Shown: positions 1-9,660, numbered from the stretch's first letter. The stretch: 64,000 nt of DNA from Gemmatimonadota bacterium (GCA_965116475.1 OZ220691.1:576001-640000), one strand, 5' to 3'. Notes: generated by a model not told the origin, from the sequence alone. Numbers and translations are program-made.

Positions 1-432
1 CCGTCTCAGGTCTCTTTGGCCCATCTTCGATATCCTGCCAAGCCTCGGCTTGCCGCCGGTGGTGTGCTGCCGCGGCAGGTCACCGCGATGGCGTTGCAGG
101 CCTTCGCACCGCCCATGAAGAGCTTCCGGCGCTGCCGAGCGCCACGACCTCACGGCCCCATTAGTGGGCGCCGGCGCACGCCTCCATCGCCACCGTACAC
201 GGCGGCTGTGAGCCGAGCAAGCCCAGCAGCTTCCCCCGGCCCAACTTCCTGCGGAACGCAACCGATCCGTCGGCCCTCGCCCCGTGCACCTGAAAGCTGC
301 GCTTTGCCAGATCGATCCCGATGATCGTAACCTCTTCCACGTGGATGCCTCCTCCCTCGGATGGTCGACTGAATCGCTTCAGCACCATCTTGGCACATCG
401 CGATGCCGTCGGGAGAGGGCGTCCACTCCATC
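1..432 (-). mobile_element. IS110-family transposase remnant (nonsense codon plus large internal deletion), runs off the window
   Basis: GTG at 340 with GGAGG RBS gives VEEVTIIGIDLAKRSFQVHG...VAMEACAGAH*WGRE (TAA at 161-163). Within ~100 nt the C-terminal motif PRQHTTGGKPRLGRISKMGQRDLRR appears (positions ~1-75), so the middle of the gene is missing. Left end placed tentatively near 432, where composition shifts. Confidence 0.88.
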
Positions 433-572
433 GTACTTGTACACCTTGTCCACTCACGGCACCGTCCGATATCATCTGGATGCCACGCACTGTATCAGTT
501 TTTTGTAGTCAATCGCGTTCGATGTCGTTACACAACGGGATTCAAACGTTGGGAAAAGGAGCTTTGTGATCC

Positions 573-1085
573 ATGACCATCACGCAAGATTCATATATTG
601 AAGTCCGTAAACGTCTCGTTGAACTCGGATGTGCTTCGCCGCGCAGCGTTGCAATTCTACCGATGAACTTTGACAAGGTCTCGTCCGTTGATGAGTTCCG
701 TTTCCCGTTTACAATGCTCACAACGACGAAGCTGCTACAAGCTGTCGGTTTATCAATCGACGATATCATGCCGCATGATTCATCACGACGTTATACGAAG
801 AATCGTGCTGACGATTGGATTCTGCCTACTCTATTCCTTACTTATTACTGGCTAGCTCAGCAACCGGCCGGCCTCGAGATAATCATAACAGCAATATTAG
901 AATACGCCGAACGGTTCTATGGTGCGATGCCGACACCACGAGTCTCGATGTCAATTGTAAGGGAACATCCAGATGGCGTGTGCGAGAAGATATCGTATGA
1001 TGGACCCGTGAAGGGGCTCCGGGATCTCACGCAAGTGGTCCAATCAACATCCTTCCTAGGACGAGGAGATGATCTCGATGGATAG
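573..1085 (+). CDS. Hypothetical protein (170 aa), first gene of an AT-richer two-gene module
   Basis: Clean ORF with GGAG RBS upstream; overlaps the next gene; central hydrophobic segment. Confidence 0.75.
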   Translation: MTITQDSYIEVRKRLVELGCASPRSVAILPMNFDKVSSVDEFRFPFTMLTTTKLLQAVGLSIDDIMPHDSSRRYTKNRADDWILPTLFLTYYWLAQQPAGLEIIITAILEYAERFYGAMPTPRVSMSIVREHPDGVCEKISYDGPVKGLRDLTQVVQSTSFLGRGDDLDG

Positions 1086-1716
1086 GAGTTTCATAGAAAA
1101 AATGAACGAATCAGTTCGCGAATTTGAACGATTCTTGTATATAACGCGATGCTCGAATCTTCAACATAACGCGATAAGCGCAATCGCGCAAACAAACGAT
1201 GAGATTGCAAGAGAAAAAGAACATGCAGTAGATCAACACGATGAAGAATATGCCAACATTCTACTTGGATTTCATTGTGTAATGGGCGCACTGGCCGCCG
1301 AATTATCGATGTATTTGGCGCTCAAGGAACAGAAGCCCGATGCAGCTTGGGATCACCTTGTGGAGGCTCAGGGGGCGCTAGCCGCGGCAGGCCGAGCCTC
1401 GTCAGGTTTCCGACACTTGAGAGTTCGCTATGACAGGCTAATTGCGATCGAAAAGATTGTATTCCCACCGCAAGTGTTCTTGAGTGCTGGCATGACTGTA
1501 GTGCAGGCAGAATGTTCAATCTGCAATAATGACTACACTGATTGCAATCACGTTACTGGATTCCCATATATGGGTAAGTTCTGCAATACGGTAATCACAG
1601 AGGTTGACCTTGATCACGTGGCGATCGTTGAAGAACCAGCGGACAAGAGGTGCCGCGTTACGACGCACAGCTCCGACGACGAGGGACGGAACTGGATGAC
1701 GCTTCGAATGGAATAG
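1078..1716 (+). CDS. Hypothetical protein with helical N-terminus and C-terminal CxxC-x6-CxH-x9-C motif resembling phage prohead-protease C-terminal region
   Basis: GAGGAG RBS at 1063-1068, ATG at 1078; motif FLSAG...ECSICNNDYTDCNHVTGFPYMGKFC...DHVAIVEEPA. Confidence 0.75.
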   Translation: MDRSFIEKMNESVREFERFLYITRCSNLQHNAISAIAQTNDEIAREKEHAVDQHDEEYANILLGFHCVMGALAAELSMYLALKEQKPDAAWDHLVEAQGALAAAGRASSGFRHLRVRYDRLIAIEKIVFPPQVFLSAGMTVVQAECSICNNDYTDCNHVTGFPYMGKFCNTVITEVDLDHVAIVEEPADKRCRVTTHSSDDEGRNWMTLRME

Positions 1717-1841
1717 ATCGATTGTCACGGCGGCAGAACTGTACGGTTTCCACCCGAGCCTCGGCCGCGCTGACGCAGGGACGGCTGCTGCGGTTTTCGC
1801 GCCGTATTCCGGGACAGAGATGAGGGACGAAGGATCGAATC

Positions 1842-3062
1842 ATGCCGCAACTGGCGTTTTTTCCATGGATCAACCTTGAGCGCGATATCGAGGTCGGCGC
1901 GTACTCGCTGACACCGTCGGTGCGGGGAGCCCGGCCGGGGTCGGATGTCGAGCGGTAATTCACGCTCGATTCCGTCCTTGCTCCATACCGTAACCGTCGG
2001 GACGAGCCGGTCCAGACTGCAGTGATCCTAGCGGCGCGTGACCGACGGCTGACGGACGATCTGTCCGGGAGGGATAGGGCTGATCTGTTTCTGTTTGCCG
2101 AGTTGTTCGCCTTCGCCGCCTTGTCAGCGCGTGAATTCTTTACTTGGGACTACTTCAACCGCGACCAACTACGGCTTGTGATCGAAGCGTTCAAGGAGCC
2201 GGGCGGCGGCGTGGTTGTGGAGACGCGCCGACGCGATGGACGCGTATCGTCGTGGATCGCCGGCGAGGACTATAAGGTCCAGATGCCGGCGCACGTAAGC
2301 TTGGAAGGCCAGGCAATCCAGCCCGACCGCGCCTTGCTCGACGCGCTGCTGGCGTTGCGAGAGCGAGAGCCGGAGGCGTGGACGGGACTGCACCGCGGTA
2401 TTGTCCTCTTCAACCAAGCCAATACCGACGCACTGGATATGTCACTGGAGATCGAACTGGTGCTTACGTACGCGGCGATGGAGCAAGTACTCGGAATCAG
2501 GTCGCGGAGGGACCAAAGGCGGTTCGCTACTAAGTTCGCCGAAGCGTGGTGGCCGAGCCGGGAGGTACCTCGGTGCGAATGGCGACCCCAGCCGAGGGGC
2601 AGGCCCTGGCCGAAAGGCAGCCTCCGGGCCTGCTGGGCTTCGGACCTGCAGGACTGTCGCGGGAACCTCGCGCACGGGCACAGGGAGGACCTAAAGCCGT
2701 CGCGGTGGACGGTTCGGCAACACCTGTTGCTGACCTCCTTCGCCATCCCCCGGCTCGTCAAGCAAATCCTGTCTCAACTGGACCTCTACGACCCGACGGA
2801 CGAGGACCACCGCGACATCAACGCCCTTGAACCTCTCCTAAACCTGCCGGACGTGTTCGCGCCGCCCGATTTCGACGACGACGAGCATGGCTTCTTGGGC
2901 GAAGATTATGCGTGGCTGCGGGTGCTGCGATGCGAGGGGGATCGCCGGGTCCGTCAATGGATCGAGCGGAGGGCGGAAGAGTTGCTTCTTCGACACGAAG
3001 ATGGTGACGATTCCCCGGCTGACGACCCACTGTTGAACGAGTCTGAGATACCCGAGCCGTGA
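1842..3062 (+). pseudogene. HEPN-domain (ApeA-like) protein interrupted by an in-frame TAA
   Basis: ATG 1842 (MPQLAFFPWINLE) is in frame with the 2022-3062 ORF apart from TAA at 1956-1958; RGNLAHG = Rx4H HEPN motif, preceded by a YAAMEQVLG helix. Confidence 0.7.
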
Positions 3063-3144
3063 ACAGCGCGAGGCACGCCCTTCGTCGAGACGGTGCGCGT
3101 GAGCTGGAGCGACGTCAGAGGCGTGTGGACCCCGAGCGGCATCG

Positions 3145-3332
3145 ATACACGTCCTGAGCGGCTCCGAAACCGTTCGGCGCGCGGCCGCATGGAGGTGCGA
3201 AGGCCATATCGGATCATCGACGCACCGATCCCGGGAGCCGGAAAAAGTCAACCGGAAAGGAGGTGAAGACCGCAGCCCGAAGCGGCTGACCTCGGCCGAG
3301 GCCGGGTGTCAGGTGAATACCGCACCTGTACA
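3145..3332 (+). mobile_element. IS481-family relic: transposase C-terminus and right end
   Basis: Decayed RGRME.RRPY and KSTGKEVKTAA remnants; ends TGTCAGGTGAATACCGCACCTGTACA; similar to 9574-9655 and to the reverse complement of 4346-4440. Confidence 0.7.
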
Positions 3333-3465
3333 CTCTACACTCGGGGCCACCCGCAGCAGTGACCTTAGCGAGGGTACATATCATTATCATACCGACACAC
3401 CGAGTCCAATCTCCACCCAAGCATCCTCCAACTCACTGCCTCCATTGTCAGTGTAGTGGCACGAC

Positions 3466-4302
3466 TCATGCACCCTCGCTTCGATCTCTTCCCATCCGAC
3501 TCAGTATACCTCTTACAGTTATATCCATCTGTGAATCTTTCTTATAGTCCGCAGGAGCTACGAAGTCGACCCGTCGGTCGGCAATCAGATGATGGATTTT
3601 GTTGAGATCTTTATCACTACGCTCGGGATCGTATACTGCGATCGCCCAACCACCTTGTTGCGTCGTCATCTTCATCGCCGGAATGTCCGTCTCACCATCG
3701 CCTATAAAAATCATTCGCTTGAACGGAATGGGGCGTTCGCGGTCAGACATATAGCGGTTGATTTCTTTGTTGTCATAATGGTTTTCTATTCCCTTGTTGA
3801 TGCGGAACAGATATTGTGTTTTAGTCGTATAATTGATGGCTACGCCGGGCCATCGCACATGTGCTCCATCGTAGATGAACTTGGAAGCAAATATATATCT
3901 GAATTCATCGTGGATAGGACAACCTCTAATCATCTCATCAATACCTGACGATATGATATAGTGATCGACAAGCAGGCCACAGTTTCTACCATGTTCGTTT
4001 ATTCGCCTAAACCAACTTCCATCAACCAGACCCGGAAAGAGTTCAGCTTTGGCGCCGTGCTGTCGCAACATCTCTTCCGTAACGTCGACCTTTTGTTCTT
4101 TTGCTTTCGCGATCATCTCGCACATATATATGAGAATCTCGTCAACATTTGCTTGCTTTGCGATGGCTTTGACTCCATCCCAGAAAGGACCATTCTCCAT
4201 CTGTAGCACTTCGGGAATAAAGGTCTGTTCTTGTAGATTCCCTCTGGCGAGTGTACCGTCAAAATCATAGATAAGCGCAGCTCGTTGATAGGTTCCAATC
4301 AT
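3466..4302 (-). CDS. HAD-superfamily hydrolase
   Basis: Motif I YDFDGT, motif II IISSG, motif IV FIGDGETD; AAAGGGGA RBS before ATG 4302; AT-richer than flanks. Confidence 0.9.
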   Translation of the reverse strand: MIGTYQRAALIYDFDGTLARGNLQEQTFIPEVLQMENGPFWDGVKAIAKQANVDEILIYMCEMIAKAKEQKVDVTEEMLRQHGAKAELFPGLVDGSWFRRINEHGRNCGLLVDHYIISSGIDEMIRGCPIHDEFRYIFASKFIYDGAHVRWPGVAINYTTKTQYLFRINKGIENHYDNKEINRYMSDRERPIPFKRMIFIGDGETDIPAMKMTTQQGGWAIAVYDPERSDKDLNKIHHLIADRRVDFVAPADYKKDSQMDITVRGILSRMGRDRSEGA

Positions 4303-4345
4303 TGTGAGTCCCCTTTCTGTGTGTGGCAGTTTTTCTCGAAGAAGA

Positions 4346-4900
4346 CGTACAAGTTCGGCAATCACCTGACGCCCGGTTTAGCCGACGTCAGAGTCGCGGA
4401 CTGCTGTCTTCATTTCGCCCTTGGTTGATTTCTCCCCAACCCTTCGGTTCCGGATCCCATCCTTGAGACCCTGATGCCATGTTGGCCGCGCCATGCTGGG
4501 ACCGCAGTGCAGACGGGATCCGTACAGTGGCAGTCCACTTGCGCCGCGTCGGTGGCCGCTTCCGGGGAATCCCGTACATGTCGACGTAGCTGTGTTTGCT
4601 CGGCCGATTCATCGGAACGGATTCATCAAGGGTGTGCAGGATGATGTGGTCGGCGGTCTCCTCGGGCCGACTCCAGAGTTGCGACGAACATCCCAGGTTG
4701 ATGCCCAGATCCTGTAGGATGCGGCTGGGCTGGTCGTCCTCGCCACCCTCCCGGCGCAGCGACGTGTACGGCTCGATGTAGCACAGCTCCTTCATTGGCC
4801 GATTCGCATCGATTGCCGTGCGGGGGAACAGGCACTGGGGGAAGCGGTTGCGTCCGCGGCAAGCTCCGGTTGCCGTTCCGGTTGAGCGCCGGGCAATCGA
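4346..4900 (-). mobile_element. Heavily decayed IS481-family relic
   Basis: Minus strand ends ...CCGGGCGTCAGGTGATTGCCGAACTTGTAC, matching the 3233-3332 end, preceded by KDGIRNRRVGEKSTKGEMKTA; upstream fragments PHGNRCESANEGAVL and HSYVDMYG loosely recall IS481 transposase segments. Left limit uncertain. Confidence 0.55.
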
Positions 4901-4946
4901 GGTTGGAGTTGGGTTCGAAGGATAGGATCAGCCGCGAGCGGTTCTT

Positions 4947-6527
4947 TCAGTCGCCCGGCCACTTCTGGGACCGACTCGAAACGGCGTCCACGGCTGCCGC
5001 GAGAGCATCGATGCCGCCCGGTGATGTCAGATCCTGAAGGGCCGTCAGCCCAATCGACTTCTGCGCGGGGAGATCGCGCTCGGCAACGACATAGAACTCC
5101 CAGCTCCCGGCGTCCCGTTGGTCGGCCGTGTCCCCGTCGGCTCCGTGCCACGCGAACACGTAGAGGTGCGCGTGGCGTCCGGGCTTCGCGACCCAGTCTC
5201 CTTCCTTGTCCCAATACCCCGTCCGGGGGGCGATATCGTATCGAGCGGGGCTCTGTCGCTCGGGGCTCTTCCAGGCCTGGGCTGCCGCGGACTGCTTGAC
5301 CTCGAGCCTGATTCCCGACTTGTGCTCGAAGTCCCACGAGTCCCATGGCGTCGTGCGCGCCCAGCCGCTGGCCTTGAGCGTGAGCGCCACGATCGCCTCG
5401 ACGTACTCGGAACGGTGGACGTTGTTCATCACCGGCTCCTTGTACGGCCGGATGACGTCCTCAAGCACGATGGCGTCCGACTGCCACGGCTCCGCCAGCT
5501 CGTCCAGGATCCCGACGATGCGCTCGAGCGCGGCCGCATACCGGTCGGGTCCCTTGCCTCCCTCCGGGATGACCGGAACCCACAACTGCTCGCCGACCTC
5601 GTGGAGTCTCGACCCCATGCGAGCCTCGAGTATTGCCTTGACACCGGGGTTCCAGCCCTGGCCGTCGGCGAAGACCCAATCCACACACACCATCCAGAGT
5701 GGCGTCGAGGCGAACTCCTGATACAGACGTGAGTTGATCCCCAACCAAACACCGAGCTTGTAGCGGCGATCGATGCGCGCGTATCGGCCGTAGCCGTAGC
5801 CACGCGGCGCTACCTGGTAGCTGCCACGACCCGACATGGTCCTGGTCGCCAGCCAGCCGGCCGCCTTCCCGATCTCGGTAACCGTATCGACCATCTCCTT
5901 TCCCGGGAGCGTAGCCTTGCTCTCCTTTGCCTCGGCGAACCGCACGAGTCCTCGGAGTTGCCGGAGGTCCGCCCGACCGAACTCGTCACCCTCCAGCGGT
6001 TCCTTCATGCTGTCCAACAAGGTGGTCCAGTCGATGATGCAGAGGTGCTTCTCCGTCCCATCGATCCGGACGCAGCGCGGATGCTCGAGACCGGTATACG
6101 GGAGTCCCTTCCTTTCGAGCCGGCCGAGCAGCCGCGGCCAGAGCTCCTCCACTCGCCGGGTTGGAACCAGGAACATGAGCACCGAGACACCGGCCGACGG
6201 CAACTGCTCCAGGTAGGAAACGGGCTGAGCCCGCATGAGCGGCGCATCGAACTTGGCCTCGATGAGGAACCGCTGCTCCCCGTTGTCTCCCTTCTGCAGC
6301 ACGTCCGGGCGCCCCAACTCCGGATCGGGAGTCTCCGTCTCGAAGTCCATGCCGGACAACCGCATGCCCGGGACGATTCGCGCCAGCAGCTCGTTCAACC
6401 CCTCTCGCGAGCCGGGATGGCTGTTGAGGATGTACTCGAGCACGGAGCAGGCGAGCACCTCCATCGGTGGATGAAACCGCCAGCTCAGGTGAGTCAGCAG
6501 CGGCTTTGACGTCTCAGTATCACTCAC
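4947..6527 (-). CDS. Fusion protein with two PD-(D/E)XK nuclease-like domains
   Basis: N-terminal GRPDVL...FLIEAKFDA; C-terminal NNVHRSEYVE...WDFE...RLEVKQS...YVFAWH...WEFYVV. Confidence 0.8.
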   Translation of the reverse strand: MSDTETSKPLLTHLSWRFHPPMEVLACSVLEYILNSHPGSREGLNELLARIVPGMRLSGMDFETETPDPELGRPDVLQKGDNGEQRFLIEAKFDAPLMRAQPVSYLEQLPSAGVSVLMFLVPTRRVEELWPRLLGRLERKGLPYTGLEHPRCVRIDGTEKHLCIIDWTTLLDSMKEPLEGDEFGRADLRQLRGLVRFAEAKESKATLPGKEMVDTVTEIGKAAGWLATRTMSGRGSYQVAPRGYGYGRYARIDRRYKLGVWLGINSRLYQEFASTPLWMVCVDWVFADGQGWNPGVKAILEARMGSRLHEVGEQLWVPVIPEGGKGPDRYAAALERIVGILDELAEPWQSDAIVLEDVIRPYKEPVMNNVHRSEYVEAIVALTLKASGWARTTPWDSWDFEHKSGIRLEVKQSAAAQAWKSPERQSPARYDIAPRTGYWDKEGDWVAKPGRHAHLYVFAWHGADGDTADQRDAGSWEFYVVAERDLPAQKSIGLTALQDLTSPGGIDALAAAVDAVSSRSQKWPGD

Positions 6528-6719
6528 GAATCAGTTCCTCCACCTGACGACATCGGACCGCGTCGGACGAGCGGCACCAGAGTCGGGCCAGATGCGTTCG
6601 CCCGTCAAGGCTCCGACTCTCCCGAGTCCCGGTATCGATTGACCAACAACCATTTGTGGAACATCGTAGGGACTACGGTGAAGTTCTTTTCTCCCCGTTG
6701 GCGAGCACGAGGGGGTGAC

Positions 6720-6941
6720 ATGCGGAAGTGGTTCGGCGACATGATGGCCGACGACGAAGGACGGCCCTCATCCATGCGGGTCACGATGCTGATCGGCATG
6801 GTCGGCGGGATGGGGGTATTGGTCGGGACCGCGTTCGGCGTCGGGGACTGTTCGACAGACTACAGTACGACGCTCACGTTCTTGTTCGGAGGAATCCTCG
6901 GCGCGAAGGCGTGGCAGAAGCACTCCGAGACCAAGAGCTAG
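6720..6941 (+). CDS. Small two-TM membrane protein, holin-like
   Basis: GAGGGGG RBS, 73 aa, SSMRV before TM1, second hydrophobic helix, charged tail AKAWQKHSETKS. Confidence 0.65.
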   Translation: MRKWFGDMMADDEGRPSSMRVTMLIGMVGGMGVLVGTAFGVGDCSTDYSTTLTFLFGGILGAKAWQKHSETKS

Positions 6942-7024
6942 AGTTCGGCCTTCAGATCAGCATTTCCCCGAGGTCACCAGGTCGTACTTCGTCAATGGCT
7001 TCCCGCATATCGGCGTCTGAATCG

Positions 7025-7759
7025 ATGGTCACGCTTGGAGTCGACCTCGCCTCGCAGCCGAAGCGGACGGCCACCTGCCTGATTCGGTGGGATCGCGGGT
7101 CGGCGCGCGTGGAGACCCTCTCGCTGGGCGCGACGGACGCCGACCTGCATGAGTTGTTCAGGCGCGCGGACAGGATCGGCATCGACGCCCCCTTCGGCTG
7201 GCCCGCGCCGTTCACCCGAGCCGTCGCCGCCTATTCGACAGAGACGGTCTGGCCTTCCACCGCCGTTCCACAGCTTCGGTTTCGACGAACCGATGAGTTC
7301 GTGAGGGAGAGACTGGGTCGATGGCCGCTCAGCGTCTCGTCGGATCTGATCGCGGTGCCGGCGATGCGCGCCGTCCGCCTGCTCGCGGAGGCGTCGGCCG
7401 CCGGTGAAGCCATCGACCGGAGCGGCGGCGGCCGCTTCGTCGAGGTCTACCCCGCAGCCGCCCTCCACGTATGGGGCTTCCCCTCGCGCGGCTACAAGCG
7501 TGCCAAGGGGGCGACGGTTCGAGCCCGGCTCGTAAGCGATCTTGCCGAGCGAACCGTGGACTGGCTCACCCTCTCCGAGGAGGACCGGGCTCGGTGCACG
7601 GCTTCGGACGACATGCTCGATGCGCTCGTCGCGGCCCTGGTCGCCCGAGCGGCCACCACGGGCCGTTGCGAGCCGATTCCTCCCGAAGATCGCGAGCTGG
7701 CTCGGGAGGAGGGTTGGATCGCCCTACCGCAGTCCCGAAGTCTCAACCAACTCGCGTGA
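7025..7759 (+). CDS. DUF429 family protein (predicted RNase H-fold nuclease)
   Basis: LGVDLA, IGIDAPFGWP, RRTD, EVYPAAAL, DMLDALVAAL, EGWI motifs; alternative start at 6995. Confidence 0.85.
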   Translation: MVTLGVDLASQPKRTATCLIRWDRGSARVETLSLGATDADLHELFRRADRIGIDAPFGWPAPFTRAVAAYSTETVWPSTAVPQLRFRRTDEFVRERLGRWPLSVSSDLIAVPAMRAVRLLAEASAAGEAIDRSGGGRFVEVYPAAALHVWGFPSRGYKRAKGATVRARLVSDLAERTVDWLTLSEEDRARCTASDDMLDALVAALVARAATTGRCEPIPPEDRELAREEGWIALPQSRSLNQLA

Positions 7760-7804
7760 ATCGTGGCGATCTCGCGGATCGACGACGTCCCCCGCGCCTC
7801 AGCA

Positions 7805-9364
7805 TTAGCCCCGTTCGTCAGCCTTCGCTTGCCCCCACTTGCGTTCGACTTCATCAATGACGGGGATCGCATTGACCGCTAGGTCCATGATGCTATCGAC
7901 GTAGTAGTCCGTGATGGGCCCATGGCCATCCTTCCATTCTCGGTACAAGTCCGCGAGGAGGGAATCCCATCTGGTCATTTCGTCGCGAGCTTGGCGGACA
8001 TAGGGCCACCAGAGCAGGGTTCCACCGGGATCGAGGTCACGCCGAAGCCTGTCCTCCAATGCTCCACGCCGCTCTCTATCCGCAGCGGTCATGTTGTTCT
8101 TGTCTAGCGGATGCAGCACACCCCACCTCCATTGATTCGGTCCCGGCCCAACCGATTGCAGTACAACACCCGTGCACCCCTCAAGTGGAGGATGGTCCTT
8201 CTTCTTCCTTTCCCACGGAGGCCACCCCACGCGGTACAGCCAGAGGAAGTTCGACCATTTTGCTTCTCCGCCGTACCTGCACTCGACACGAAGGTCCGGA
8301 GCGAGATCGGGCAGTTGCTCCTGTACCCGCCGGTGGACCTCAGCGCGCAGGTGTTCCAGAAAGCCCCCGCACAGCTCCGCCTTCAGCTTCGGCCAGACAT
8401 CCGAGACGGTCTGCGCGGTTGAAAGCTGATTCGGGTTGGCGAAGAGGTAATCCTGGATTGCCCGCGTGTCGCTGTCCGTCGCCATCGAATGTCCTCCAAA
8501 TTGTTGTCGGCAGAATGCTTCGGCATCCCGCAGGAACCACCGGAGCCGGTCGGCGTGGCACTGGGTCCGACAGGCGGCGAACCAATCGGCCAGGGAGAAC
8601 CGAGTCCGGAAATCGGCGAACACATCGTCCGCGAGAGCTTGCTCATCGCTGGGCGCGTCGTCCGCCTCGCCCCCAGCCGCCTCGGTGTACTCGGCGGCCC
8701 GATCGGCGCTCCCAGGGACCCCCCAATAGGGCATGACGGCGAGCCGCCCCCGCCAACGAGGGAGTTCCTCCTTCGGCAGGCTATGAGGCGTCGGTCCTTC
8801 CCCCCGCGGCGAAAGATAGATGAGCAGAAAACGCTCCTCGTACTTCCCCTTGAGGTACTTCAGGTAGTCCCGCACCTGGTGCCGCTGATCATCCGCGAAG
8901 GGCTTGTTCTCGATGGCCAGGCACCACGGCCCGGCGCCGGTCTCGACGTCCACCGTGATGTCGATGCGACGCCTCTTGGGGATCACGCGCTCCAACTGCA
9001 CACGTACCGGCTTCGAGAAGTCCGGCCTCGGCTTTGATGTGCCGCCTTCCGCGAACAACTGTTCCAGGAGGATCCCGAGCAGGGACGTGCCCTGGCCGTG
9101 TCGGGCCGCGGGGTTGAGCAGGTCGCCGATGATTCTCGAAAGCAGCACTTCGCTCGGGCGATCCTCGCCCATGTAGTCGAACACGTTGAAGCGATGCGCG
9201 AGATGCCGGTCAAGCTCCCGCTCCAGCTTCCGGGCCGCCTCCAGCACGGGATTCAGCTCGACGAAGAGCTGCTCAAGCCGGCGTCGGTCGGCTTGCCGTG
9301 CCTCATCCATCCGCGCCTCCAGCCCCGCGAAGAATGCAGGGATCCCCGCAGCGCGCTCCGTCAC
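7805..9364 (-). CDS. PD-(D/E)XK nuclease family protein
   Basis: FNVFDY..SEVLLSRIIGDLLNP...HGQG, RRIDI, IENKPFADDQ..Q..DY, IYLSP; GTG 9364 after AGGGAG. Confidence 0.85.
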   Translation of the reverse strand: MTERAAGIPAFFAGLEARMDEARQADRRRLEQLFVELNPVLEAARKLERELDRHLAHRFNVFDYMGEDRPSEVLLSRIIGDLLNPAARHGQGTSLLGILLEQLFAEGGTSKPRPDFSKPVRVQLERVIPKRRRIDITVDVETGAGPWCLAIENKPFADDQRHQVRDYLKYLKGKYEERFLLIYLSPRGEGPTPHSLPKEELPRWRGRLAVMPYWGVPGSADRAAEYTEAAGGEADDAPSDEQALADDVFADFRTRFSLADWFAACRTQCHADRLRWFLRDAEAFCRQQFGGHSMATDSDTRAIQDYLFANPNQLSTAQTVSDVWPKLKAELCGGFLEHLRAEVHRRVQEQLPDLAPDLRVECRYGGEAKWSNFLWLYRVGWPPWERKKKDHPPLEGCTGVVLQSVGPGPNQWRWGVLHPLDKNNMTAADRERRGALEDRLRRDLDPGGTLLWWPYVRQARDEMTRWDSLLADLYREWKDGHGPITDYYVDSIMDLAVNAIPVIDEVERKWGQAKADERG

Positions 9365-9453
9365 GCAACATCTCCCTGCGTCGTCTCGACCATGCTGGCG
9401 AACTTCACGCCTCCCTGCCCTCCGCCTCCCCCAGGAGGAAAGCTCGCAGTAGG

Positions 9454-9660
9454 TGTTCCCGTTCTTCGATGAGCACGGGGTGAAGGTCGAGACGGTCCTG
9501 AGCGACAACGGGCGCGAGTACTGCGGCCGCGAGGATCGGCACCCCTGCGAGCAGAAGGGGAGCCGGAAGCCGAGGAGCCGGAAGAAGTCAACGGGAAAGA
9601 GGCTGAAGACGGCGGCCTGAAGCGCTGATCTCGGCGAGGCCGGGTGTCAGGTGATTCACA
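9454..9660 (+). mobile_element. IS481-family relic (integrase-core fragment joined to right end)
   Basis: VFPFFDEHGVKVETVLSDNGREYCGREDRHP followed directly by the end sequence ...GAGGCCGGGTGTCAGGTGA shared with 3233-3317. Confidence 0.8.

Noticed and set aside
4388..4795. 135-aa ORF as a real gene
   Set aside because: Overlaps the decayed IS481 relic and has no coherent domain.
573..9660. Prophage or integron cassette array
   Set aside because: No integrase, terminase, portal or capsid genes, no attC-like repeats recognised, and gene orientations are mixed.
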